Shown here in pieces: positions 55,701 to 64,000 of a stretch of DNA of 64,000 nucleotides. The translations under genes were made by a program, and so were the position numbers. The DNA lies in the IMG/VR virus record IMGVR_UViG_2706796127_000001, positions 1 through 64,000 of that record; one strand, written 5' to 3'. The stretch is from a virus. Lineage: Duplodnaviria > Heunggongvirae > Uroviricota > Caudoviricetes > Demerecviridae. Numbering within the stretch: the stretch's first letter is position 1; every line of letters begins with the position of its first letter. Below the pieces are notes generated by a model. It had not been told where the DNA came from and searched no databases. It saw only the letters and a program-made list of their open reading frames with translations.

Positions 55701-56076
55701 CTCTAAACCCTTTAGACTCTTCCGCTGATGTAGCAGAAGCATCTGCACTCTTCTGAGATAATCTAGCTTGTTTCTCAGATTCTGCTGCTGAAGCTGCGGA
55801 TTGAGTAGCTGATGTTTGGGAGGAATCTGCGTAGATACCCGCCATAATTTCGGAGTCTTTTGCTTTATTCTCAGAATCTTTAGCAGCAATTTCAGAACCT
55901 TTTGCTGCTGCCGCAGAAGCAGCGGAGGCTTCTACAGCAGAAGTTAATTCACCAGCAGTAATAGAGCTAATAGAATTTCCTAAAACTACTGTATATTTAG
56001 GATACTTACTAGCAGTAGTTGTAGTGTCATCTATGTTCAGAATCTGCTGTACAATAATTTTAGTTTTAAGCGCCAT
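52726..56076 (-). CDS. L-shaped tail fibre protein (pb1/LtfA-like, 1116 aa) with C-terminal S74 chaperone domain
   Basis: An Ala-rich coiled-coil N-terminal region is followed by collagen-like GxxG stretches. The C-terminal block reads SDRDIKRDINYDD...RGVIAQDLYKIDPEYV. Confidence 0.75.
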   Translation of the reverse strand: MALKTKIIVQQILNIDDTTTTASKYPKYTVVLGNSISSITAGELTSAVEASAASAAAAKGSEIAAKDSENKAKDSEIMAGIYADSSQTSATQSAASAAESEKQARLSQKSADASATSAEESKGFRDSTELAAQNAENSRRLAEQAKSAAQAAQTAAETAKTGAETAKAGADAAATTAGEHAAAAKQSELNAKTSETNAASSATEAGDKAIDATTEADRAKAEADRATQIVDSKLDKVDISGFIKVYKTKAEADADVGSRVLGEKILVWNQTDSKYGWYKVTGTAEAPVLELAEIEQKLVSINNVRADDAGNVQITLPGGNPSLWLGEVTWFPYDKDSGVGYPGVLPADGREVLRVDYPDTWEAIEAGLIPSVSEAEWQAGAILYFSTGDGSTTFRLPDMMQGQAFRAPIKGEENGGAIKEQIPYITTVNGIGPADDTGAIKLPYVAMVNGAIIPDENGNLALGNVVTKNVWNGTDGEVLLRGAFGLGGTGITLNEPDLVSFFKAMRAFGSGYYRNDIAVDGLPAYSAGFYSRTADTNSFICSGYGSAVVFVAAINDAGLDSENPVVHTNILYGTVNKPDLNGDTNGVLSVGKGGTGATTVSAAKKALEVGGVFCTDSPADDAFNSLQSPAGVHEFRLTNGGIWGVWKKGEETVAALPIGSGGTGATDKVAARDNFELGYHNTPRFTGVDLSNPESIPYSGILNLNRLKESDKNVITQGRIYHEMQSDLAKITLHINNTLNGANRYIQFVENGDLTGLQNVHAVNYLASGYVTAQGWIKGGEKIYIQQTGGGNREISMAVPTPNNDPGAGSWVNLLQGNWYNGYWQVGGVRGSGPDLDCLRIGVNNSGTDWKEFNFYNSYGGHITAPKGFRGQCTQGYWGLEWDYMGAPFHAESVANNDGGWSPIVSGGSLSAGGYHLRIGLGCISNGNAAWPDAALKLNGDGQFHRSFNFRTNGSVYTWGNDPWGGNYDFAMNPSSDRDIKRDINYDDGLASYENIKQFKPTTFIYKLDKYNRVRRGVIAQDLYKIDPEYVKLVPGSPIIETPEHHCCDEKTENVESKIIDYEDDTLALDINPIAIDTALAVRYLSLKFEESQEELKSVKAELAELKALVATLVNK

Positions 56077-56498
56077 TATTGAGTTACCCCGTCACTCACA
56101 TAAACCTTTCCTTCCATAATACGGAAAGAACTGACTTCTGAACCAATAACATCACGGGTCATTAGAATATCGTAATAACCTGCAAAACGTTGTCTTGGGT
56201 TGTATTTATCACGCTCTTTGGATGCCTTAATACCAATATTATTAACATCTCCAACACTAAGGCTAATAGCAGCAGCTCCTTGAGCCGCATCAATTATACG
56301 AGTTTTAAAAGTAGCTAAAATTTCCGCATCTTCGTCAAGACTTGCTTTAATAGTTCCACGAAGTGAGTAACCTGTTAGGTTAACAGGTATTTCAGAGGGA
56401 GGGTAGACACTATCATCAACATCCATAAACTGCATGACAAGACCATAAGGTACTTTCTCATCAACAACAATATCAATTACTCTATTTTCTGTACTCAT
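56076..56498 (-). CDS. tail collar protein (p132-like, 140 aa)
   Basis: The size and position between pb4 and pb1 fit. Confidence 0.5.
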   Translation of the reverse strand: MSTENRVIDIVVDEKVPYGLVMQFMDVDDSVYPPSEIPVNLTGYSLRGTIKASLDEDAEILATFKTRIIDAAQGAAAISLSVGDVNNIGIKASKERDKYNPRQRFAGYYDILMTRDVIGSEVSSFRIMEGKVYVSDGVTQ

Positions 56499-56502
56499 TA
56501 TT

Positions 56503-58575
56503 TTACCTTATATGGATATACCCACTATTTAGGTCTATCTTCATCTTATAGTATGCTTCAGGGTTCCCTGATAACGCAGCATTTCTATCATAGATTATAT
56601 TAACACCGATTTGTGATAAGAAGGCATTTCCTGCCACAATCTTATCAGCAGTCACAGTTCCATTAACAATCATGTTTCCATGAAGAACCATTGCAGGGTT
56701 AATCCAACCGGAACCATTCCATTGACGAGTAAATGCGGATTGTGGAGCATTACTATTAAACTCAGTCAATACATCATATCTAACTGGTGGACTACCAAAG
56801 TTATTCTGGAAGAAGGTATTAGCTTGCCCATCATCCCAACCACCAAGACCTGGAATACCTAAGGAATACATGCCAGGACCACGTTGCCCATCATGTCCTA
56901 TAGTACCTTCAGTACCGCTCCACTGAACTACGTCAGACCAGCTAGTACCTGCAAGAAGTTTATTAGTAACTGGATCAAGTGTACCCGTAGTCGCATAGAT
57001 ATTTTGTGTCATATCTGTACGATTAGGTGGAGTTTTTGACCAACCAGGGGGCGGATAATCTTGTTCTAGTGGTTTAGCGGGTAGAGATGTTGCTAACTTA
57101 TAAACAAATACTGTTTGTTTACCCTGCATCCCAGTACCAATATCTACGTCACCATTAGGAGTTCCAATAACAACTCCACTAGATATACGAAGAGTATCAC
57201 CATCATAACGAATCCACTGTGTGGCATTACCAATGTCTAACTTAGCTTTGGCAGAGGTATTATCCATACCCATCCAAATACCAGAGTTATTATCCCCCCA
57301 AGATTTACCTTGAGTGTAAATTGCTGGATTATCCTTACCAGATAAGTTAGTCATGATAAAGTTCGCAGCATTAATATCTCTAGTAATTACTTTACCATCA
57401 ACGTTAACAACACGGTTTATAGGGTCAAAAGAAATAGGTGCTTTTCCTTCTTCGTCTAGCAGACCAATGTTAATAGCACCAGTAGCTGCATCGATTAAGA
57501 ATGTCTGTCTCCAGATTTCTCCATCTTTCATGCTGCCCTTAATAAAGGCATAGTTAACATCAATACCCGTCTCATTGACAAAGCTGTTATCTAGAGGAGT
57601 ATCTTCATTCAGTATAAATGTTACAGGAACTGATTCTGTTATATCCTGCTTATTTGGTCCCCAGGCAATTGACGAAACCTTAAAGGTATGCTCAACTTTC
57701 CAGGGGAATGATATAATTGTTGCAGCTCTGGCAGCACCAACGTTTATCTTTTGAGCTTTAGCCCATCCAGTCTTAGCGTATTCTTCAGAGTTTATATAAG
57801 TAACCAAGAACTCACGAACATTAGCACCAGTTCCGCGTTCCCAATCCCACTCAATTCTAACATCATATCGTTCTTTACCATCAGCAATTCGTGCAGCTTT
57901 AAAAACAATATCGATAGGTGCGGTAGGAGGAACAAAATTATACGCTACAGTTAAAATATTAGGGAATTCATAATACCCAGAAGAATCAACTGTAACACCA
58001 TCAGGCATAGTTACTTGACCAGATATTCTGATCTTGTAATCTCCGATAGGAACTCCACCAAATTTAATAGTAGAACCTAAAGCACCAATGTAATACTTAG
58101 TCCAAGGACTGTCTTCAGTAGCTGTACTTTTTAACTCAATAGTACAGTAGCTTGCTTCACCAGTTGTTTCTACGACAACTATCGGTGCACCTACCCCAAC
58201 ATCCACAGGTTCTGATTCAGATCTTGCTGCAACAATTGTTGGCTTCTCTTTTGTCCTAAAGTTAGTCTCATTAGAGAGATTGATACCAATCTTAGCCTCT
58301 AGTAGTTCAGAATCAATAATAGAGTCGTAGAAAGTCCCTTGAATCTCATAAGAGGTTGAAGGGGTCAGATTATTAATCATTACGAAGAAAGTATCTATAC
58401 CAGTATAATCACGTCTATCTATACTTTCTCCTGTCTTTAACCAAAAAGATCTGCCAATAACGTCATAGTCAGTATATATAGAGTGCTGGACATATGCCAT
58501 TGTATATCCAGTCATTATACTATTTAAGACCATTTTGGCTGGTGCATTATTCGAAATCATTAAATGGATGCCCAC
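56503..58575 (-). CDS. baseplate/central fibre protein (pb4-like, 690 aa)
   Basis: The protein has FN3-like repeats and lies downstream of pb3. Confidence 0.6.
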   Translation of the reverse strand: MGIHLMISNNAPAKMVLNSIMTGYTMAYVQHSIYTDYDVIGRSFWLKTGESIDRRDYTGIDTFFVMINNLTPSTSYEIQGTFYDSIIDSELLEAKIGINLSNETNFRTKEKPTIVAARSESEPVDVGVGAPIVVVETTGEASYCTIELKSTATEDSPWTKYYIGALGSTIKFGGVPIGDYKIRISGQVTMPDGVTVDSSGYYEFPNILTVAYNFVPPTAPIDIVFKAARIADGKERYDVRIEWDWERGTGANVREFLVTYINSEEYAKTGWAKAQKINVGAARAATIISFPWKVEHTFKVSSIAWGPNKQDITESVPVTFILNEDTPLDNSFVNETGIDVNYAFIKGSMKDGEIWRQTFLIDAATGAINIGLLDEEGKAPISFDPINRVVNVDGKVITRDINAANFIMTNLSGKDNPAIYTQGKSWGDNNSGIWMGMDNTSAKAKLDIGNATQWIRYDGDTLRISSGVVIGTPNGDVDIGTGMQGKQTVFVYKLATSLPAKPLEQDYPPPGWSKTPPNRTDMTQNIYATTGTLDPVTNKLLAGTSWSDVVQWSGTEGTIGHDGQRGPGMYSLGIPGLGGWDDGQANTFFQNNFGSPPVRYDVLTEFNSNAPQSAFTRQWNGSGWINPAMVLHGNMIVNGTVTADKIVAGNAFLSQIGVNIIYDRNAALSGNPEAYYKMKIDLNSGYIHIR

Positions 58576-61409
58576 TCCACAGACTGTTCTCCATCATCTC
58601 CTTCTGCTCTAATACGAAAATATAGTTTTCTATTGATTCCTAGAGCATCACTGTTATGAAGAGCAAAATCTGCCTTATTATACGTTAATAAATAGTCATA
58701 AGTATACTGATTTTCAATACGTACACTTCTTAGCATTCTATTCTGAGAATCATAGATCTCCAGAGTATAGAATATACTTTCTATTATATCTTCTTCTGGT
58801 ACCCTATCCCAAGCTAGTCTTACATCTGGGCCGACAAACTCAGTTACATCCCCAGAAGCCGTATTAGTTACCCTAAAATTAGATACTACGCTTAGGTTTT
58901 TAGCAGAGTTAAGTTCTATAGATAATGTTACTGGAGAACTTCTTCTACCATTTATATCCACAGCCCTTATTTCAAATATTGCTAAACCTGCAGGCTCTCC
59001 AATTATCTCTTGGATCATGCGTTCATTGGGATTTGTTTCTAGTTGCTGCACAATATAAGGCTCAGCATGACCGGAATGCACGATAGAGTAGTAAACTACA
59101 TTATTAGTTAAGCTTGGAAGCCAAGATAACTCACCATTTTTTCCTATAGAACCAACTAAACCACCGGGCGTAGGGGTATATTTAAAATCTCTAGGAGGGA
59201 GAACATTGTTACTAATATCTGGTATATCATTACCACTATTATCTACTTGATCAGAGTTGATAAATACATCTTCCCCATACTCTTGTAGAGTAACGTTTAT
59301 CTTTCCTTCCCTAGAGTTTTCGACTTCATCTACTAAAAAGTATTTCTTATCCCATCCGTAACGGTCGTATGTAAATGCAATAGCATCGTTAGGCTCAATA
59401 CCAATGAATTGATATGGTAAAGAAAATGAGAGGGTTCTAGAATACCTAGATTTCTTAAGTTCTCTGTCTGCAAAACTTCTAGCAGTATAGTAGTTAGTTA
59501 TATTTGCAAAAGATAATTGTAATTTTTTGTCTAAATTTTTATCTTGCTCTTTATATCTAGAGTTATAAAAGGTAATAGAGTTAGTTTTCCAGCTAAGAGC
59601 TGGGTCTACGATGGATGCTTGAACTGAATTGAATTTATTTCTACCAGTAGTATCTGATAACTCTAAATCACCATAAGTATCCAGAAAATTAATCTCTAAT
59701 GGAGTATTAGAATATTTTTCTACAGTAATCCTATATTGACCAGATAAGTTGTTAATAGCCCCACCATAGGATTCTAGCAAACCTTGCACATTTTTAAATA
59801 CTGATTCAGATGTATCTAGAATAGTATTCATTTGTACTATTTGTCTATTTTCTGCTAATGGATCAGTCCACCCAACGTATCTCCAGTATGGCTGCCAAGA
59901 TACCTGGTAAGATTCATCTATAATATCTAAGATAGCAGCTTCTTGTATCAATTGTTGAAGAGGGAACTGATCAATAGTAATGTTAGCACCATATCTATCT
60001 GAAGTTAAGTAATCAAGTGTTTGCCAGATACCATTTAAACTAGTGCTATTAGCAGTTACTCTACCGTCAGAATGATAGATTTTTATCTTCTTACCCTGAA
60101 TCTCAGCACTAACTTCTGGGATCTCAGTTCTATTTTCATTAATAGTAAAGCGTACTACCGCGTATGCAGTATCTAATAGTTTATATCTAGCATCCCAGTA
60201 CTCAGGTCCATTACCGTTCATACTTTGGAGATAGAACCCACGCTCCTTCGCTATATTTACTAATACTTCAGAAGCAGTTTGATCGGCTTTTCCATGATAA
60301 GTCCAAATCCTTATATCACCATTACCATCGTTATATTTATATTCCTGGCCGTGCACAGAAGGACTACTAGAAGGTATTCCTGATGCTATTCTTTGCATGG
60401 TGTCTCCTGCTACTTTTTTAACACCGAAGCAGGTTCTAGCAGAGCTATCATTAGAGTCCATACAAATCATAGGATTATCACCAAAGGAAAAGTCAAGAAA
60501 ACCGTCTATCTCTCCTTCAGCAAAAGCATATACTACGTAAACTATATTAGGATTATGTAATTCCGTATCCGCAAAAATAGGTATTCCAGGTATTTTCTGT
60601 ACACCATAAACTACTGGTATATATTTAGCAGCAAGGTTAAAATCTATATCTACTTCTTTAGTAACAGTCTCATAATACTTTTTAAGACTATAACTTCTGG
60701 ATAGACCAAATAGCTTTTTCTTAGACTTTAGCTTGTATCTTTCCTCCTGTACCTGATATTTTGCTAGAATAGAGATACTTTTATTAGCGTGAAAGAAACC
60801 GTAGTCTTCTTGGTACTCAAGTCTTTTAGCCCCGTTAGATGGAAGTAATTGCCCTGCTACAACTTCAAGCCCCCTATGAGAAGCATCATCAGTAAATCTA
60901 CCATTAACCCTATCAAAATCATAGAATTGGTTAGAACAATTCCAAGTAATTGTGGAGGTTCCAACTCCCGAAGTACTAATATTATCCTTAATACCTCCAC
61001 CAGTAATTCTACCTCTAAAGTATAATAAAGGCCCGTTTGTGTCTGGGTCTACAGGTAAAATAGAACCATCCTCTGTAATAATTGCTTGGTGGATTGATAC
61101 TGTTCTATCTAAAAAGGACACACCATTCTGCACTAATTTCAGTACTTCATCCTGCGCTGTACCCGTAATAGTAAAAGATAGACTGCCAATAGATAAATCT
61201 CTGTTTTGTTTATGTGCGCTAATAGATTTAACTTTACCAGCCTGATACAAAATACCATTATATAGTACATCTCTAAAATAATCAGTTAAATAAATAAAAG
61301 CAGTACTAGTACCAGTAGAGCTAGGCAACTCTAGAGAAATTAGACTAGCAGTTTTTATTCTGCTATTATTTTTTAAGTAGTTTCTAGCACTATCTAATAT
61401 TTTTTTCAT
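58560..61409 (-). CDS. baseplate hub protein (pb3-like, 949 aa)
   Basis: The size and position after the Dit gene fit. Confidence 0.65.
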   Translation of the reverse strand: MKKILDSARNYLKNNSRIKTASLISLELPSSTGTSTAFIYLTDYFRDVLYNGILYQAGKVKSISAHKQNRDLSIGSLSFTITGTAQDEVLKLVQNGVSFLDRTVSIHQAIITEDGSILPVDPDTNGPLLYFRGRITGGGIKDNISTSGVGTSTITWNCSNQFYDFDRVNGRFTDDASHRGLEVVAGQLLPSNGAKRLEYQEDYGFFHANKSISILAKYQVQEERYKLKSKKKLFGLSRSYSLKKYYETVTKEVDIDFNLAAKYIPVVYGVQKIPGIPIFADTELHNPNIVYVVYAFAEGEIDGFLDFSFGDNPMICMDSNDSSARTCFGVKKVAGDTMQRIASGIPSSSPSVHGQEYKYNDGNGDIRIWTYHGKADQTASEVLVNIAKERGFYLQSMNGNGPEYWDARYKLLDTAYAVVRFTINENRTEIPEVSAEIQGKKIKIYHSDGRVTANSTSLNGIWQTLDYLTSDRYGANITIDQFPLQQLIQEAAILDIIDESYQVSWQPYWRYVGWTDPLAENRQIVQMNTILDTSESVFKNVQGLLESYGGAINNLSGQYRITVEKYSNTPLEINFLDTYGDLELSDTTGRNKFNSVQASIVDPALSWKTNSITFYNSRYKEQDKNLDKKLQLSFANITNYYTARSFADRELKKSRYSRTLSFSLPYQFIGIEPNDAIAFTYDRYGWDKKYFLVDEVENSREGKINVTLQEYGEDVFINSDQVDNSGNDIPDISNNVLPPRDFKYTPTPGGLVGSIGKNGELSWLPSLTNNVVYYSIVHSGHAEPYIVQQLETNPNERMIQEIIGEPAGLAIFEIRAVDINGRRSSPVTLSIELNSAKNLSVVSNFRVTNTASGDVTEFVGPDVRLAWDRVPEEDIIESIFYTLEIYDSQNRMLRSVRIENQYTYDYLLTYNKADFALHNSDALGINRKLYFRIRAEGDDGEQSVEWASI

Positions 61410-62020
61410 AGACTTTCCCGTAAATTTAATGAGATGTTGGAATATGTTCCGTTATTATTTAGTGTAGACCCAAAAGCATCGCCATTCATGAGTTTTGTTC
61501 TAAATAGTATTCCATTAAATACTGGCTTCTCCGCTCCAGTAGTAGTTATAAATAAATCAGGGTATAAGTTTATAGACCATGTATTACCTGATTTGTTAAA
61601 TGATGTTATTTTATATACTTTTGGGTGGTTAGACAGCTTAAATAGATCCCCCGGTTTTGGAGTACCTGTAAGAAGTCCTTTTGTATCCATAGTTATATTA
61701 GAACCCTTCTGTCCAGCGGGTATATTTACTAGACTAGTATTACCTCTAACTCTAAAAGCTTCGTATTGTGGTAGTATAACATCAATATAACCACCTGTCC
61801 TTTTGTATTCTAGGATAAAGGCATCTAGAACACTGTATTCATCTGGAAATAATTCTGGATAAGAAATATTTATACCCCAGTATTGAGCAGATACCTTAAC
61901 TTCGTTAACTTTACCATTTGGTAACTCATCACGAATTACTGGGTCATTATCAATCAGGTTAACACTTTCGAATCCTAAGCCTGAAAGTTCTGGATTCGTG
62001 TATGGGTCTGGTAATCTCAT
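61406..62020 (-). CDS. distal tail protein Dit (pb9-like, 204 aa)
   Basis: The size and position between the tape measure and the hub fit. Confidence 0.6.
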   Translation of the reverse strand: MRLPDPYTNPELSGLGFESVNLIDNDPVIRDELPNGKVNEVKVSAQYWGINISYPELFPDEYSVLDAFILEYKRTGGYIDVILPQYEAFRVRGNTSLVNIPAGQKGSNITMDTKGLLTGTPKPGDLFKLSNHPKVYKITSFNKSGNTWSINLYPDLFITTTGAEKPVFNGILFRTKLMNGDAFGSTLNNNGTYSNISLNLRESL

Positions 62021-62100
62021 AGTTAATTTCTCCTCTTTAATAACAATATTATAATAGTATTAGAAAATTTTATCAAGAAATTTTTATTTTTCCATAAAGA

Positions 62101-62126
62101 AAAGGAGGACTCAAAGTCCTCCTCCA
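62101..62126 (-). terminator. terminator-like hairpin after tape-measure gene
   Basis: The hairpin GGAGGACT-CAAA-GTCCTCC is followed on the minus strand by TTTTCTTT. Confidence 0.45.
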
Positions 62127-62129
62127 GTT

Positions 62130-64000
62130 TTAAGAATTTCCTAATGTTTTCAGACTAGCACCGTTCTCATTCAGAGCTAATTCTACTGCGTCTCTTAGAG
62201 CACCACTATTACTAGAAGCAAACTCTCTAAAACTTGCAGCATCCATAGCACTAATATTCAGGATGATAGGTCTTCCTGAAGTTGAGTTAGATGAAGTTTT
62301 TAGCTCATCATTAGGTGTAGCTTTCATAGGAACCATAGGGGTAACTACTTCTGTACCATGTTCACCCATTTGATAACTAACCCCAGGGTACATATTACCA
62401 CCCTCAGCACGAGGAACGAAAGAATTAGCACCACCTATACCTTTATCGCCTCTGATATAAGATAATTCACCAGCATTAGCAGACATAGACACATCTATAT
62501 TCTTCTGACGCTCTCCTAAGGTTAGGTAACTAGTTGTATTTGCTCCAGAATCCACAGAGGGTATAGAGGATGCACCAGAAGCAGCGGCTAAGGATAGTGC
62601 GCCTGCAGCAGCCGCAGTGGCCATCATCGTTAACCCTAATGGTAAGAACGGACGGGTAGCTGCAGCGTTCATCATAGCTACGGCTGTAGATATGATTATT
62701 TGCTTTTTAGCTTCTCGCTGTTGTATCTTAGTCTTTTCTGCCTCCAACTTCTTGATTTTAGCTTTAGATTCCTCAGATTTACCATCACGCTTCTGTTCTG
62801 CTGCAATAGCCTGGTCTATTGCACTTATTTGCTGGTTAGCAGAATATGCCATCATCTGTCCCACCATCTGCATACCTGCAGATATGGTTGTTATACTATC
62901 CAAGCTATCTTGTGCATTAGCCACCACTGCTAAGGAGAAATTACCTATGCTGTTAGCCAATGCTGTAGACGCAGAATCCACTTCTGACATCTTAGCTATA
63001 GCCTGATCATACATAGACATTCTATTCTCAAAATCAGCAAACTCCTTATCAGCACCAGATAATCCATAGGTAGGAGTGAAGGTACCCCCTAGTGAGGATA
63101 CGACTGATTTGTACTTTTGATCCTCTCTTTGCTTTTTAAGCTGTTCTAAGGCTGCTGAAGTTTTATAAATCTCATTACGATATTTAATTTCTTCTTCAGT
63201 ATTATCTTTAGACAGCTCCAGCTGCTGCTGCAGAATGGATAACCTTTCAGTGAGAATCTGGGCCTGACCAGTGACATTTCTCTGCGTTTGGCTAACCTCT
63301 AAGGCATCCATAAGAGCGGATACATGAGTAGCAGTAGCTTGTTTCTCTGCTTCCCATAACTCTCTACTTATTTGTGCTTGAGCACGTCTAGACTGTTCTG
63401 CCTCTTTTTGTTTGTCCGCTTGTTTTAAGTACCACTCGTATTTTTCTTCCTCTATGGTTAGTTCTAACTTTAACTGTGCTAATCTATACTGAGTGCTAGT
63501 CATAGTACGGTCATTCAGAAGAGCTATCTCACGGTCTACACCCAGAATTTTATCTGTATGATCCTTAACTTTCTTCTGAGCTTCCATACCCTGATTAGTA
63601 AGTTTAAGTTTCTCCAGCTGAATTTTTTCAATTTCTTTCTCAACAGCCTTATTTCCCTGGTTTGTTTGAAGAACACGGCGTAAAGCAGCTTCTTGCTCTT
63701 CTAACTGTTGGAGTTCTAAACGCCTACCGGCTTCCTGTGCTTTTTCTTTATCCTTAGTTTGGTTATATACATCAGCTATCTTCTGTTGAACTGCTAACTG
63801 ATTTTTAGTTTCATTACCAGTTAGTTTAACATATTCAGATAAGGCCTGAGACGCAGTTTTCATTTCAGACAGAGTGTTATAGCCTAGGTTAAGATTTTTA
63901 ACGTACTCATCAGCACTCTTACCAGTACCTAGAGATAGAGATTCTATGTTTTTTATAGCATCTGCTAAGGTAGCACTAGTTTTAGCAGCAGTATCTGTAT
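62130..64000 (-). CDS. tape measure protein, C-terminal part (gene continues beyond window end)
   Basis: Long coiled coils, a Gly/Ala-rich TM-like segment and a C-terminal region are present. The ORF is open to the edge of the window. Confidence 0.7.
   Translation of the reverse strand, partial: TDTAAKTSATLADAIKNIESLSLGTGKSADEYVKNLNLGYNTLSEMKTASQALSEYVKLTGNETKNQLAVQQKIADVYNQTKDKEKAQEAGRRLELQQLEEQEAALRRVLQTNQGNKAVEKEIEKIQLEKLKLTNQGMEAQKKVKDHTDKILGVDREIALLNDRTMTSTQYRLAQLKLELTIEEEKYEWYLKQADKQKEAEQSRRAQAQISRELWEAEKQATATHVSALMDALEVSQTQRNVTGQAQILTERLSILQQQLELSKDNTEEEIKYRNEIYKTSAALEQLKKQREDQKYKSVVSSLGGTFTPTYGLSGADKEFADFENRMSMYDQAIAKMSEVDSASTALANSIGNFSLAVVANAQDSLDSITTISAGMQMVGQMMAYSANQQISAIDQAIAAEQKRDGKSEESKAKIKKLEAEKTKIQQREAKKQIIISTAVAMMNAAATRPFLPLGLTMMATAAAAGALSLAAASGASSIPSVDSGANTTSYLTLGERQKNIDVSMSANAGELSYIRGDKGIGGANSFVPRAEGGNMYPGVSYQMGEHGTEVVTPMVPMKATPNDELKTSSNSTSGRPIILNISAMDAASFREFASSNSGALRDAVELALNENGASLKTLGNS

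Noticed and set aside
62617-63006. Plus-strand ORFs inside the tape-measure gene
   Set aside because: They are antisense to a long conserved structural gene, low-complexity, and have no translation signals.
1-64000. CRISPR arrays, integrase/att sites, toxin-antitoxin pairs, RT/retron or DGR elements
   Set aside because: I looked for regularly spaced direct repeats, tyrosine or serine recombinase motifs and reverse-transcriptase motifs (YxDD) and found none. The gene content is that of an obligately lytic phage.

Overview
This 64 kb window reads as one contiguous segment of a large, AT-rich lytic siphophage genome of the T5 type (Demerecviridae / Tequintavirus-like). That identification is an inference from gene content and order; nothing was searched.

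The window has three modules:

- **1..21 kb, mostly minus strand (early module).** It carries a cluster of 9 credible tRNA genes plus 2 degenerate tRNA-like elements. Among them sit small early genes, HNH endonucleases, a DEDDh exonuclease and RNase H, followed by a nucleotide-metabolism block: thyA, frd, nrdB, an HNH, nrdA and phoH.
- **21..50.6 kb, plus strand (replication module).** It holds anaerobic RNR nrdD, a Zn-less Sir2-like protein, a HAD hydrolase, a 929-aa origin-binding-type helicase, a split NAD-ligase (two ORFs), a DnaB-like helicase, a CHC2/Toprim primase, an 855-aa family-A DNA polymerase, an SF2 helicase, an SSB-like protein, SbcD, SbcC, flap endonuclease and dUTPase.
- **50.6..64 kb, minus strand (tail module).** Two tail fibres each carry a C-terminal S74-type intramolecular chaperone domain (an LtfA/LtfB-like branched fibre). 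After them come a collar protein, pb4-like, pb3-like baseplate hub, pb9-like Dit, and the 3' part of the tape-measure gene, which is cut by the window end.

Most early and middle transcription units start from one family of near-identical sigma70-type promoters: TTGCTa-17-TATAAT followed by ATTTATATAAATTGAGAGAGG and a ribosome-binding site. I count about 21 copies in the window, and they set strand and module boundaries.

There are at least 8 free-standing homing-endonuclease genes: 6 HNH and 2 with zinc-ribbon plus T5orf172 (GIY-YIG-like) domains, along with a third T5orf172 protein.

The items most worth a second look:

1. An isolated plus-strand operon (3.5..5.3 kb) under a canonical TTGACA promoter. 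It encodes three extremely low-complexity proteins: acidic/His-rich with a Gly-zipper and Q/N-rich tail; Gln-rich; and one built on CC dyads.
2. A roughly 600-nt ORF-free, hairpin-dense leader or ncRNA region (27.05..27.67 kb) between a strong promoter and the origin-binding-helicase gene.
3. A roughly 800-nt ORF-free transcribed region (6.95..7.76 kb) containing a degenerate tRNA-like element.
4. A second, zinc-finger-less Toprim paralog of the primase.
5. A phage-encoded SPFH/band-7 protein, a SleB-type signal-peptide cell-wall hydrolase in the early region, and nrdD without an nrdG activase gene nearby.

All coordinates, motif calls and tRNA anticodons come from reading the sequence by eye. 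Gene starts for several minus-strand genes are probably a few codons off the ORF-track values.
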